Position numbers and translations under genes: made by a program. From the NCBI GenBank assembly GCA_043228905.1, contig JBHGNT010000007.1, positions 17,112,001-17,176,000 of the forward strand: a stretch of DNA of 64,000 nucleotides. The letters are read 5' to 3'. How positions within the stretch are numbered: position 1 is the first letter of the stretch; every line of letters starts with the position of its first letter. Source of the DNA: Azolla caroliniana. Its lineage: Eukaryota > Plantae > Polypodiophyta. The notes under the pieces are model-generated. The model ran no database searches. It was not told the DNA's origin and saw only the letters and a program-made list of their open reading frames with translations. Of this stretch, positions 1 to 11,180 are shown in pieces.

Positions 1-842
1 TCCACATTATATGTAACCCTCTCGTACACCTACACGGGTAACACCTGGCACGCCCGTGGGACAGTGCATTGCACATCGATCCCACAAAGCCCATGCCAAG
101 AACTCGTTGACCGGAACTCCATCGGTCTTCTCTTCTCTCACGGTCAAAAATCCTTCGACCAGATTACTACTCTACGATCGATAACTTCGATCGGAGCTAG
201 CTTGACACGAACCTTCTTGTTCGGTTAACATATCGCACGATTGGATCACACACCAATCAACTCGTCCACTATGCTAAAGTCGTTTAGGGTTTAAAAATGG
301 TTGTGGGTGTATGCCTATACATATATATTTTTCTATATTGGTGTGAAGCTCCTCTCATGGAACACGCACCATTTCATCGATTGCACCAATACTCAGATAT
401 AGACTTAGGGACTCAGAGACATAGAGGGAGAAAGAGAGAGAAACTTCTTCTCAAGTGGGGTAGGCCGTAGGGCATGCCATGTGTTGATGGGTGGGGGGTG
501 GAGCCAAGATTAGCTCCACCCCCCTCCCAAGGGGGTTCAAATGTGAGGGAGAAAAGGAGACAAGGAGACAAGGAGAGATGCAGAGAAAGAGACACCCACA
601 GAGAATGAGAGAGAGGGAGAATTGAGATAGACACAGTTGAGGGTAACTCCAATATATATTTCTCCTTTTTTCCATGCCCCACGGGTGGGGTTTAAATAGT
701 ACACGATTTGATCATTACAAAAAGCCGAGTGGGGGTAGTTACACATACTTACCCCACCTAACACTCACATATTCACATTTCACATTGCACATTGCACCTT
801 CCACATTATACGTAACCCTCCCGTACACATGTACGGGTAACA
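1..842 (+). mobile_element. Non-autonomous TRIM-like LTR element (5' LTR runs off the window)
   Basis: 1-43 (ending GGGTAACA) is repeated at 800-842. A PBS, TGGCACGCCCGTGGGAC, follows at 46-62. The ~500-bp internal region is non-coding. A purine tract AAGGGGG at ~529-535 precedes TGTG at 542, the probable 3' LTR start. Confidence 0.7.
46..62 (+). promoter_or_regulatory. Primer binding site, complementary to tRNA-Arg 3' end
   Basis: TGGCACGCCCGTGGGAC lies 2 nt after the LTR CA. It resembles the reverse complement of the plant tRNA-Arg(TCT) 3' end (recalled, not searched). Confidence 0.7.
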
Positions 843-1113
843 CTATTCACCCTCACACTTTATCCTACAAATACTATGATACAACTTACCACGGGATAAA
901 TTATGGTCATGCCCTGTAACACTAGTAGTGCATACCCAACTCTATAATTTTCATCATACTCTAATATCTATGAATTAGATTATCATGGAAATCCCTCATA
1001 ATTTGGTTCCTAATACCACCCCAATTGGTTGAAGACCGGTAGGCCAGATCAGCTGAAGAAGCCGACATCTAGGTCGACAGGTCGTTGGGGGTCTATATTC
1101 CTATTTTAGTTGT

Positions 1114-1759
1114 TGTTGGGAATATGTCCCTCTAGTGGGAGGATCCGACTGTTTGGGCCAAGAAGTGCCAAAAGTCGAAGACTAGGAGGAGCCAACTATT
1201 CAGGCCGAGTGTCGATGGTTGAAGAGTCGACTATGAGAGTCGATAGAAAGGAGATACAGGTCGAAGACACGACCGACTAGTCGGGCCGACCAGATGGTCG
1301 ATGACCAAGCCTACTAGTGAAACCGACTAGAAAGTCAGCACTAGAGTCTGCCGATGGCTACTTATTATTATAGATAATAATAGTAGTGATGTGTAATAGG
1401 GGCTACACTTGTAAATAGCCCATATGGTGTATGAGTATATATATACATCTAGGGCAAACGAAGAATATGACAAAGTGTGCTAAGTATAGTGTAATATAGA
1501 GAAGAGCGACAAAGAGTGATGCCATAGTTGTGTGTGTGAAACATCAAGCACCAACAACCCACAGAGGTTGATACACTCCGCAAAGAGTGTTGTAGTCTTC
1601 CTAGTTTGTATATCCACTATATAGTGAAGCTCTGTTCCTATGGTTTTCCCCGTTTAGGGTTTCCGCATAAAATCTGTGTACACTGTTGTTGGGTGTATGT
1701 TCAGAGAGTTGTGTATTTCTGCGTATTCTTCTTATGAGTTAATGATTCTTTTCTCAATA
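1114..1759 (+). mobile_element. Solo LTR, copia-type
   Basis: Starts TGTTGGGAATATGTCCCTC, similar to the copia D LTR start. Ends TCAATA (decayed CAACA). 5-bp TSD GTTGT at 1109-1113 and 1760-1764. Confidence 0.8.
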
Positions 1760-2245
1760 GTTGTCAGATGCTCATTTATGAGCATTCAAGTACTTGTCAG
1801 TACTTGTGTCAACCCACAATTAGGGCTTGTATAAAAGTGCTCACTGAGCTCATTGTATATACAAAGCATTATTATTTTGAATTAAGTTTTGTTGTCTGCT
1901 CACTCTATCCCACCCTCTCTCGTATACTGTGTATCCTCTATCTTTTGTGTTTACCTAATTGTTGTATTTGTCCAACTGAGCAAGTTGTGTATTGTGTACT
2001 AGCTTCTGCACACTATTCTTTTTCAATGTTTCGTTACTAACTTGTGCTAGCCAATATTGATCCACCGTCTCTACCTCCTAGCTTTCTATTGCACAATCTA
2101 TGCATATGTCCATCCTAGGTTTCTTGGAAACTTCGTGAACAATGACTATATATCATCTACCTTCATTGTTCACAAAGAACTAGTGATGGTTATTATCTTT
2201 CAATTCAAGAGAATTGGCTTTCCTCTCTCTCCCTCTCTCTCTCTC

Positions 2246-2470
2246 TGGGCAGAAAAAAATGGTAAGAGAGCTTATGGACAAGCTGGTTTTCGAAAATACC
2301 ATAGCACCATTGATCATCTTATCACTCATCGAGTATTAATGGAGGAAAGTCGCCTTAGAGGTAAAGGTTTATATTGTTGCTTTGTAAACTTCAAGAAAAC
2401 TTTTGATATTGTACCTCATGGGCATCTTTGGAGGCGGATAGAAGAACTGGAGGTGCCAAGTGAATATATG
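2246..2470 (+). pseudogene. LINE reverse transcriptase, 5'-truncated copy 1, part before the gypsy insertion
   Basis: Translates QAGFRKYHSTIDH...CFVNFKKTFDIVP..LW (N-terminal RT motifs). Continues at 8240 after the TSD ATATG. Confidence 0.9.
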
Positions 2471-2921
2471 TGTCAAAAATAGTACTAAAACAAAGAGAGA
2501 ATTAGTACTAGAGAAGGGTAGTACTATTAGTACCAAGAGGACGGGACTGCGTAAGACTCCCAAGAGAGGAAGAGAGAAGAGGAGAGAGAGAGAGAGAGAG
2601 AGAGCGAGGACGAGAGAGAGAGAGAGATGATGATAACAGATTATATATTATAGGAAAAGTAAGTACAAAGAGCTATGAGGCTAAAGACTAGCGTTGAACC
2701 AATTTGGTTCGAAATAATGCCTTGTGCCTCCTTTTATAGTGTTGTCAGGAGTACTCTTGAAGTTTCTAGAATGTTCTAGAGAACTCTAGAATATACATCA
2801 ATTTCCTATAATAAAACTTAAATGAAAATAATATCTTTCGTATTACAATACATAGTCTAATGGTAAGAGCTCAACCTATGTAGCATAAGGTCATGGGTTC
2901 GAGTCTTGCCATATCATGACA
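2471..2921 (-). repeat. 3' LTR of chromovirus
   Basis: Near-identical to 7770-8234; TGTCA..TGACA ends; contains (GA)n. Confidence 0.95.
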
Positions 2922-4800
2922 CTATCCCCCATTTAAAACGACGAGTGTCACGAGTCGTTTTAGATTGAGGACCTGGTTTGTGTGGATATTGACGATGGTA
3001 GTCTTCAAGAAGAGCACAATCATTGGTCAAATTCTCAATCGGTTCCCAAGTACGTTCGCTAGGACTATATCGTAGCCAATCAACTAGATAGTAGAGCTTG
3101 TTGCGAACAATCTTGGAATCAAGGATGGTGGCAACCTCGTAATCCGGTCCATCTTCAAGCTCGATCGGCGGTGGAGGTTGTATAATACATCTTGGGATGG
3201 TGCTCTCGTGATAGGGTTCGAGAACAATCTTGGAATCAAGGATGGTGGCAACCTCGTACTCCAGTCCATCTTCAAGCTCGATTGGGGGTGGAAGTTGTAT
3301 AATACGTCCTGGGATGGTGCTCTCGTGATAGGGTTCGAGGAGAGAAGTATGAAACACCGGATGTATCCGAAGTTGTGGAGGTAGATCGAGACAAAAAGCG
3401 ACATCATTAATCTTTTCGATAATACGAAAAGGACTTAATCGCCGATAATCCAACTTCTCACATGGGCGAGTAGTCTTGATGTGTCATCGTAGCAGCTACA
3501 CCCAATCTCCAATGTTAAAATTGGATGGAAGTCGATGACGATCCGCGTAGACCTTGTGTGTTTGTTGAGCTTGCTGGAGATGAGTAGATAAATCCGCTTG
3601 TATCTTGCGTAACTGCTCCAAACGATCCTCCGCGCAAAGATTTGTGGACACCTCTAGGGTTTCAAGTACACACCACCGGGGGTGACATCCCGTATAAGCA
3701 TAAAATGGCATAAATATAGTCGATGCATGGATAGAGTTATTATAGGCAAATTCGGCGAAGTGGAGAATATCTGCCCAATCATCCTGATGATAGCTGAGAA
3801 AGCACCGCAGATACTGCTCCAACATTTGATATGTTCGTTCGGCTTGGCCGTCGATTTGTGGGTGGTAGTCGGAGGAGAGGTTACAAGTGACCTTGAGCAT
3901 TTTAAAAAGGTGCTTCCAAAATTTTGACACGAACTGGGGTCCACGGTTGCTGATGATACTATCGGGAAGTCCATGATGCCGACATACTTCACGCATGACA
4001 ATTTTGGCGGTGTCTTCACTGGAGATTTCCTTAGTACATGGCAAGAAATGAGCCATCTTCGTAAATCGATTTACCACTGTTAGAATCGCATTGAACCACT
4101 TAGAGACTGGAAGATCTGTGATGAAATCTAGAGCAATGGATTACCACGGCTTGCTTGGAATTGGCAATGGTTCTAATAAACCATATGGATGATGCCTTGG
4201 CATTTTCGCTCTGCAGCATGTATCACAAGTCCGAACAAAATCTTCGACAAATTGTCGCATACGGGGCCACCAGAATGATCGTTGTACTAAATCTAATGTT
4301 TTAGTACTACCAAAATGCCCAGTTGTATATGTATCATGACAGTTTTGTACTACTCGAAGGCAGCAAGAACCATTAGGAACATACAAAAGTTCTTTAAAGA
4401 AGAGTAATCCATCATGGTATTTGAATTGCCGATAGTCCGTACCTGGTGGTTGCGACTGTGAACACGACACTCGAGAGGGATCAATTTGTGCTAGTATAGC
4501 TTGGGCGAAAGCATCTGTCTTCAGGTCCGCACGTATGATATTGATAACGTGGGAATCCATGGGCATGCCAAAGACCTGTGTTGCTTGCAGTCGTGCCGGT
4601 CCCAAGATTACTTGCTTTTGGTTATCGAAAGCTGGCTCGCCGGGACGCGGTGCTAGGTACGAACGTCGTGATAATGCATCTGCTTTCCCTTGGTGCTTCC
4701 CAGGTCGATATGTAATCTTGAAGTCGAAATGCGTGAGAAAATGGGCCCACTGAGCTTGATGTCGATTTAACACGCGAGCGTCTTGAAAATAGGCGAGGTT
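2914..4800 (-). pseudogene. Gypsy integrase + chromodomain (disrupted)
   Basis: HHCC zinc motif (HDTYTTGHFG..CDTC), IIS.RGPQF, YHPQ.DGQAER, GPY/F-like IHPVFHTSLL, and a C-terminal chromodomain; stops and frameshifts. Confidence 0.9.
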
Positions 4801-6550
4801 TTTGTGGTCACTGAATACACTGACTTGATGAGAAGAGCTATTGGCTATAGTGGACTCTTTTATGCCTCCATTGCATAAAAGAGTCCACTATAGCCAATAG
4901 CTCTTTCTCATGAATTTCGTAGTTGATTTCGGCGGCGTCAAACTTACGTGAGTGAAAAGCCACAGGATGTAGCTTTTCATCATTACCTCATTGTGATAGA
5001 ATGCTCCCCAATGCAAAATCCGATGCGTCCGCTTTGATGATGAATGGTTTTTCTGGATCAACGTGAGCTAGAATCAGAGCTGATGTAAATGCCTTTTTAA
5101 GATTCTCAAAAGCCATGTCCGCTTCTTCAGACCAAATGAACGATTGTCCCTTCCTAGTAAGTTGTGTAAGAGGCAAAACGAGCTTTGAGTAATCCTTTAT
5201 AAACTTCCGGTAAAAATTGGCAAAGCCTAGAAAGCATTGCACATCTCGCACCGAACGCGGAGTCTGCCATTCTACCACCATTTGGACCTTAGCTGGGTCC
5301 ATGGAGATGCCTTCTGAGGAAATGACATAGCCGAGAAATTCCACTTGGCTGCACCCGAAAGTACATTTTTCCAGCTTTGCATAAAGACCATGTTCTCGAA
5401 GTTGTTTTAGTACTAATAGTACATGAGAATCATGCTCTTCTTGGGTCTTTGAGTAAACTAGTAGATCATCCAAATAGATGATTAGACACACATCCAAGAG
5501 ATCTTGGAAAATATCATTTGCCATGTGATGGAAGACTGTTGGCGCATTAGTGAGGCCGAACGGCATGACCGTATACTTGAAGTGCCCATATCTGGTGCGG
5601 AACGCGGTCTTCCATTCATGTCCTGGTCGGATCCATACGAGGTTATAGGCAAGACTTGAGATAAGGGGAAGTGCATACCTATTTCGGATTGTAACCTTAT
5701 TCAAGCCACGATAATCTACAACGAGACAAAGTGAGCCATCCTTTTTCTTGACGAAGAAAATGGGTGCGTCGGCTGGAGATTTCGAATGTCGTATGAAACC
5801 ATTCTCCAAATTCTCCTCTATATAGGCTCGAAGGACTTCTAGTCCGGTTGGTGACAGATTGTAGATCGGTCCCCATGGTGGCTCTTTCCCCGGTTGTAAA
5901 TCGATGGAGCAATCATATGGTCGATGGTGAGGAAGCGTATTGGCTTGTACTTTATCAAACACATCGGCATAATGACGATACTTCTCTGGAAGTTGAATGG
6001 TGGATTCCTCTTTAATGGTGCTGAAGGGTTTTACTGATATTGCGAAGAGGAACATTTCTTCCTTGTGTCCTTCCTCACGTAACTAATGTAGTGAAATCGT
6101 TGCAATCTCATGAGTAGACCCTCGGGCTTTTCGATGCTGGATTTCTCTTGTCCGCCAATCTATGTCTGGGTTATGTAATTCGAACCATGGTAATCCTAAG
6201 ACAATGGGGTGTTCTGGGATGCTAATTATATTAAATGATATGACACATGCTAGATTATCTAGGAAAATATTAATGGGCTTTGACTCTTCTATGATATTTC
6301 CGGAAGCAATGGGACGACCATCAATGACTACTACAGAGGCAGGACATGGGAGTTTTCTGAGAGATATCTGATGATCTTGGGCAAATTTCCTATCCATGAA
6401 GCAAGAATTAGCTCCAGAATCTAGAAGTGCTAGAACATGTACTGGAGGGGTACTTTTAGTACTAACTGCTACTTGGGCTATGAACACATTGCTAACTTGC
6501 TTAGAGGGAATGGAACCACTAATGGGCTGAACAGATCTAGGGTTGTCCAA
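4801..6550 (-). pseudogene. Gypsy protease, RT and RNase H (disrupted)
   Basis: ORF 6083-6550 has ALLDSGA. ORF 4988-6055 has VDYRGLN, MPFGLTNAP, YLDDLLVYS and ADASDFALG. Confidence 0.92.
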
Positions 6551-6758
6551 CCAAACGGCTCCTATTTTGGCTGGACTTAGTCATTTAACTCTTCTTCTAA
6601 TTGACTAAGGACATTAGATTTGTTTGCTAGATTTGGGCTATTAGTACTATTAGGACTATGACGACTATCAGATATCCCTACTGAAACAGACTTGGGTTTA
6701 GTACAATTAGTACTAGCAACTATTTGGTTTACTTGTCTCCTTCACCTATGGGGACAAT

Positions 6759-7650
6759 TTACTGCAATATGCCCTGGACCACCACAATAAAGACATAGTC
6801 GATTTGCTCCATCGGAGTCGGAGTATTCTCCATCGGAGTCGGAGTATTCACTGGAGGCGCATTATAGGACTCCCTTAGAAAAGGTTTTGCTACCACTGAG
6901 GCGTAGGTGGGCTCTAATCTTGCCCTTGGCATCTGTAGCTGTCGTTCCGAACGTTGCTCAAAGAGGCGGTTGTAACATCTCACCGCGCGACTGATTGCTT
7001 CTATTAAGGACTTTGGCTCTTCGGGGAAGGTCAAGAGTAAATCCTTGACATCGTTGCGTAAACCATAACGAAATTGCTCCATCAACGCTTGATCATCCCA
7101 AGGGATATCGGTGGCAAGTAGGCGGAAATCTGCAGTGTATGCGGAGGCTGGACGGTCACCTTGTCGTAATCGCCGGATTTTGTTGATTGCAATCCTTATG
7201 TTGTCAGTATCTCCAAAACATGCCTTAAACTCACCTATAAACTCTTCAAAATTGTTGAGTAATGGAGATTCCTTTTCTAACAATGGAGCGAACCATGCCA
7301 ATGCTGAGCCACTTAACAATGTGCCTACTAAACCCACTCGTGATGCATTGGTGGGATATCGGGAAGGATGCATTTGAATAACTAATCCTACCTGGTTAAG
7401 GAACCCTCTACACTACGATCGCGTTCCATCGAACTTCGTGGGAAGGCCAATCTTGGGTTCTTTATGAATCCCTTGTGTTCCGAGTCCTTGTTGTTGCATC
7501 GCTACGATGGTTGCTTCGAGTTGTTGCACGCGTAACGCAAGTTCCCCATGCTGTTGTTGCGTTTGCTACTTTTCTAAGGAGATTTGTTGAAGATCCCCCA
7601 ACAACCATTGATTTTCTTGTTCCAAAGCAAGGAACCTCTCTTTCAAGCAT
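6759..7650 (-). pseudogene. Gypsy gag (retrotrans_gag), disrupted
   Basis: GTLLSGSALAWF...LRQG..PAS.Y...F...W.D.AL..QF..GL motif typical of Ty3/gypsy gag. Confidence 0.85.
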
Positions 7651-7769
7651 TGAAACTCCAAGAAAACAGATTGATATTCTTGAGCACTAACAATGGCCAT
7701 GGGATGAAAGAAAAGAGGAATAAGAGGTTAGTATGAAGGGAGGGAGACAGAAGAGAAATCGGTTCAAAC

Positions 7770-7909
7770 TATCAGGAATAGTACTAAAACAAAGAGAGAA
7801 TTAGTACTAGAGAAGGGTAGTACTATTAGTACCAAGAGGACGGGACTGCGTAAGACTCCCCAGAGAGGAAGAGAGAAGAGGAGAGAGAGAGAGAGAGAGA
7901 GAGACCGAG

Positions 7910-7944
<35 letters not shown>

Positions 7945-8234
7945 GATAACAGATTATATATTATAGGAAAAGTAAGTACAAAGGGCTATGAGGCTAAAGA
8001 CTAGCGTTGAACCAATTTGGTTCGAAATAATGCCTTGTGCCTCCTTTTATAGTGTTGTCAGGAGTACTCTTGAAGTTTCTAGAATATTCTAGAGAACTCT
8101 AGAATATACATCAATTTCCTATAATAAAACTTAAATGAAAATAATATCTTTTGTATTACAATACATAGTCTAATGGTAAGAGCTCAACCCATGTAGCATA
8201 AGGTCATGGGTTCAAGTCTTGCCATATTATGACA
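7770..8234 (-). repeat. 5' LTR of chromovirus
   Basis: Copy of 2471-2921; TATA-like TATAAAA on the minus strand at ~8045-8051. Confidence 0.95.
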
Positions 8235-8239
8235 ATATG

Positions 8240-9737
8240 CTTGCAATTTCCCGAATATATGAGAAGGTTATATGTTGTGTGCGTATGAGAGATAGACTTT
8301 CAGATTTTTTCAATAGCACTATTGGTGTTAAGCAAGGATGTCCACTCTCACCAACATTATTTGGTTTATGCATTGATGAATTAGAAGAAATGGTTACCAA
8401 GTTTGTAAAGGAAGAATGTGTTGAAGAAGTTGTCATTGGGAATGTTGTGATTATGCTTTTGTTATATGCGAATGATGTAGTGCTTTTTGCAAATACTTCA
8501 GGAGATGCACAAAAGCTTATGAAGGCATTGGAAAAAAAATTCATGCATACTAAATTAAGTGTCAATAGCTCTAAAACAAAGATTATGCTTGTGAAGAGTC
8601 AAAAAAGAGATAAACCATGCATTATGTACAACAATGAGCCACTTGAATGTGTGGAAAGCTTCAAATATCTTGGCCTTGAAATTCCTTCAAATCATAAATG
8701 GAATGAATGTGCTACATGCCGCTTAGAGGTGGGTAAGCGAGCATATTATGCATTTGAGAACACATGCAATCTTGGAGATATTAAGTGTTGGGTCCTCAAG
8801 AAATATCTTTTTGACACTTTGGTGACCCTGGTTCTTCTCTATGGGGTGGAAGTATGGGGCGGTAGCATCCCTAAATCTACGTGGAAAGAGTTTGAAAATG
8901 TCCAAAAACATTTTCTTACAAAGTTTCTACAAGTTAAGAAACAAACACCCTACACCCTCCTCCTCCTTGAGACAAGATCGCTTCCCATTGAGATCATGTC
9001 CATGGAAAGGGTTGTTGAATACGTGCTTAAGGTTCAAAAAAGCCCCTCACATCGACTTCCTAGAATTGCATGGGAAGCAAGCAAAAGGATCCAAAAGACG
9101 CATAAAAGCAAAATTTTGTATTCAAGTTGGATGCAAGATTTAGAAAAATGGTTTGGTAGATAGGATGCAAGACACTTACTTCATGATGCGTCACTAGATC
9201 CCTCTGTAAATGAGGCCTTTTTGCAATGCCAATGTATCACGACATGGGACAAATGTGGTGGCTCATGCTTCACACATTATACTACAGATGTTGCACTTAA
9301 CTTCAAAACCATATTCTTCGCGAAACAGGGAAGCCGTACACATCGATACATGTTACCCGTCCCAATATCTACCATTTGAACCATTGCTTCCATGCGACTT
9401 AGCTCGCACGCATTGAGACGTGAGACGGGGCGTTGGGGCACAAGTGATGAGAGTGGCTAACTATGCACACTTTTCCCTAAACAAGTTCGAGAGTCTGAGT
9501 ATCACACTTTGATACAATGCTCTGCCTTTGATCATATTCGACCATGCTTTCCACATCTCTTCGATCAAGCCCAATCCCTGCACGAATTTCTCTCACAACC
9601 ATGATGTGCACTCTCGATTGCAATATTCATTGGTAAAGTTCTTGAACATCGAGAGTCGTTACTCACCTTCACACGTATCACGTGAAATGTAATATTCTTG
9701 GTCTCATAGGTCATATTTGACCTCCAAAGACGATAAT

Positions 9738-9741
<4 letters not shown>
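8240..9741 (+). pseudogene. LINE ORF2 remainder (RT core, C-terminal Cys/His region, 3' end), copy 1
   Basis: GVKQGCPLSPTLF, LLYAND (YADD), FKYLG and VLLYGVEVWG; downstream RLSSHAL..ETGRW and ESEYHTLIQC. Ends GATAATATAA followed by (TC)n. RTE-X/L2-like assignment is inference. Confidence 0.9.

Positions 9742-9773
<32 letters not shown>
9742..9773. repeat. (TC)n microsatellite between two LINE copies
   Basis: About 16 TC units seen directly. Confidence 0.95.
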
Positions 9774-9777
<4 letters not shown>

Positions 9778-11180
9778 GAGGACACATGCAATCATGGAGA
9801 AATTTAGTGTTGGGTTCTCAAGAAATATCTTGTTGACACTTTGGTGACACCAATGCTTCTTTATAGGGTGGAAGTACAGGGCGGTAGCATCCATAGGTAC
9901 ACTTGGAAAGAGTTTGAAAATACCCAAAAACATTTTCTTACAAAGTTTCTCCAAGTCAAGAAACAAACAACATAACACCCTTCTACATCTTAATATTGAG
10001 ATATCTTACCATTGCGATCAAGGTTATGGAAAGAGGTTGTCAAATACATATTTAAGGTTCATAAAAGTCCCTCACATCAAATTTCAAGTTTCACATAGGA
10101 AACAAAAGAAGATCCCGAAAACACATAAAAGGAAATTTGTGCTCTAGTTGATGGAAGATAAAGGAAAAATGGTTTGGAAGATGAGATGCAACATTCTTCA
10201 TTATGCACTACGTTGTCATAGTGTAAATCGCACACTATGAGAAAATTGCATTTTTGGTCCCTCCGGATGGGCATGGAGGCCCGGCAAGAACCCGATGAAG
10301 AATACCCGATGAGAACCGGATGAAGAAGGCCGGTGAGAAATAGACGAAGAGGACCCGGTAAGGAGGACCCAGTAGAACCGGATAAAGAAGACCTGGTAAG
10401 AACCGGATGAAGAGACATATTTGCAAATAGGAGAGAATATTAAAAATATTGTTACATGCATAGGGCAAGATTCAAACCTTGTACCTCCATGTACATAATG
10501 TGAAGCTTTACCATTACACTAACATATCATTAATGTTGAAAAAGTAGACGTCCCACATAGAAAGGTAAGTGCACACTAGGATAAACTTTAGTTAGAAGAA
10601 AATGCATGATAAAAGAAAAAGCTACACATGCACATCTAGCGTGCATGAACACTATAGTCGATAAAAACGCATCAAGTTAGAAAAAGCATGTTAGATAAAG
10701 CATATAGTCTATTGATAGAAAAAGCATAAAGTTGATAATTACAGAAAAAGCATGGAGTGCTAAGACTCTCTCATCACTATATAAGGATGGGGAGCACAAT
10801 GTAATAGGGGGTGTGAAATATTTGGAAATTGGATATATTTCTAAAAAAACACCAATTAATTATATTCGTGGGATTCACGAAATAAACTATACCCGTGGGA
10901 TTCACGAGGTTTCTATATTCTTCTCTTTCTATCTACATTCATATTATCTTAATATTGATTAATCTAATGCAATACACTCGTGAGATTCACGAGGTTTCTA
11001 TATCTCTTTCCTACAACCTATTTATATTCTAATTAGTCTCAAATTCTTCTTCCTCTTAGTCCAAAACCCTAGCGGTTCCCACCCGACTCATGAAACAATC
11101 CAGCGCCGAAAGGCGCGACAATGTGAAAATGCTATACTTTTAACCTTTGAAGATGATAATAAAATCTATCTATTTATCTC
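9774..11180 (+). mobile_element. Older 5'-truncated LINE copy 2, split by a solo LTR
   Basis: 9774-10210 aligns with 8752-9190. 11121-11180 matches the LINE 3' end (GATAATAAAATCTATCT vs GATAATATAATCTCTCT). Confidence 0.8.
10214..11120 (+). mobile_element. Solo LTR of the gypsy family seen at 48576-53212
   Basis: Collinear with the LTR at 52403-53212 at both termini. TGTCA..CGACA ends. Probable 4-bp TSD ACGT/ATGT. Confidence 0.85.

Larger units (their letters stand above)
2471..8234 (-). mobile_element. Full-length degenerate Ty3/gypsy chromovirus (Tcn1/Tf1-like)
   Basis: LTRs at 2471-2921 and 7770-8234; TSD ATATG at 2466-2470 and 8235-8239; PPT next to 2921. Domain order gag, PR (LLDSGA), RT (YLDD), RNase H, integrase, chromodomain (YLVDW..Y...ERTWEP). 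Confidence 0.95.

Noticed and set aside
2851-2912. Functional tRNA gene
   Set aside because: A and B boxes are present, but there is no acceptor or anticodon stem pairing, so it is reported only as tRNA-like.
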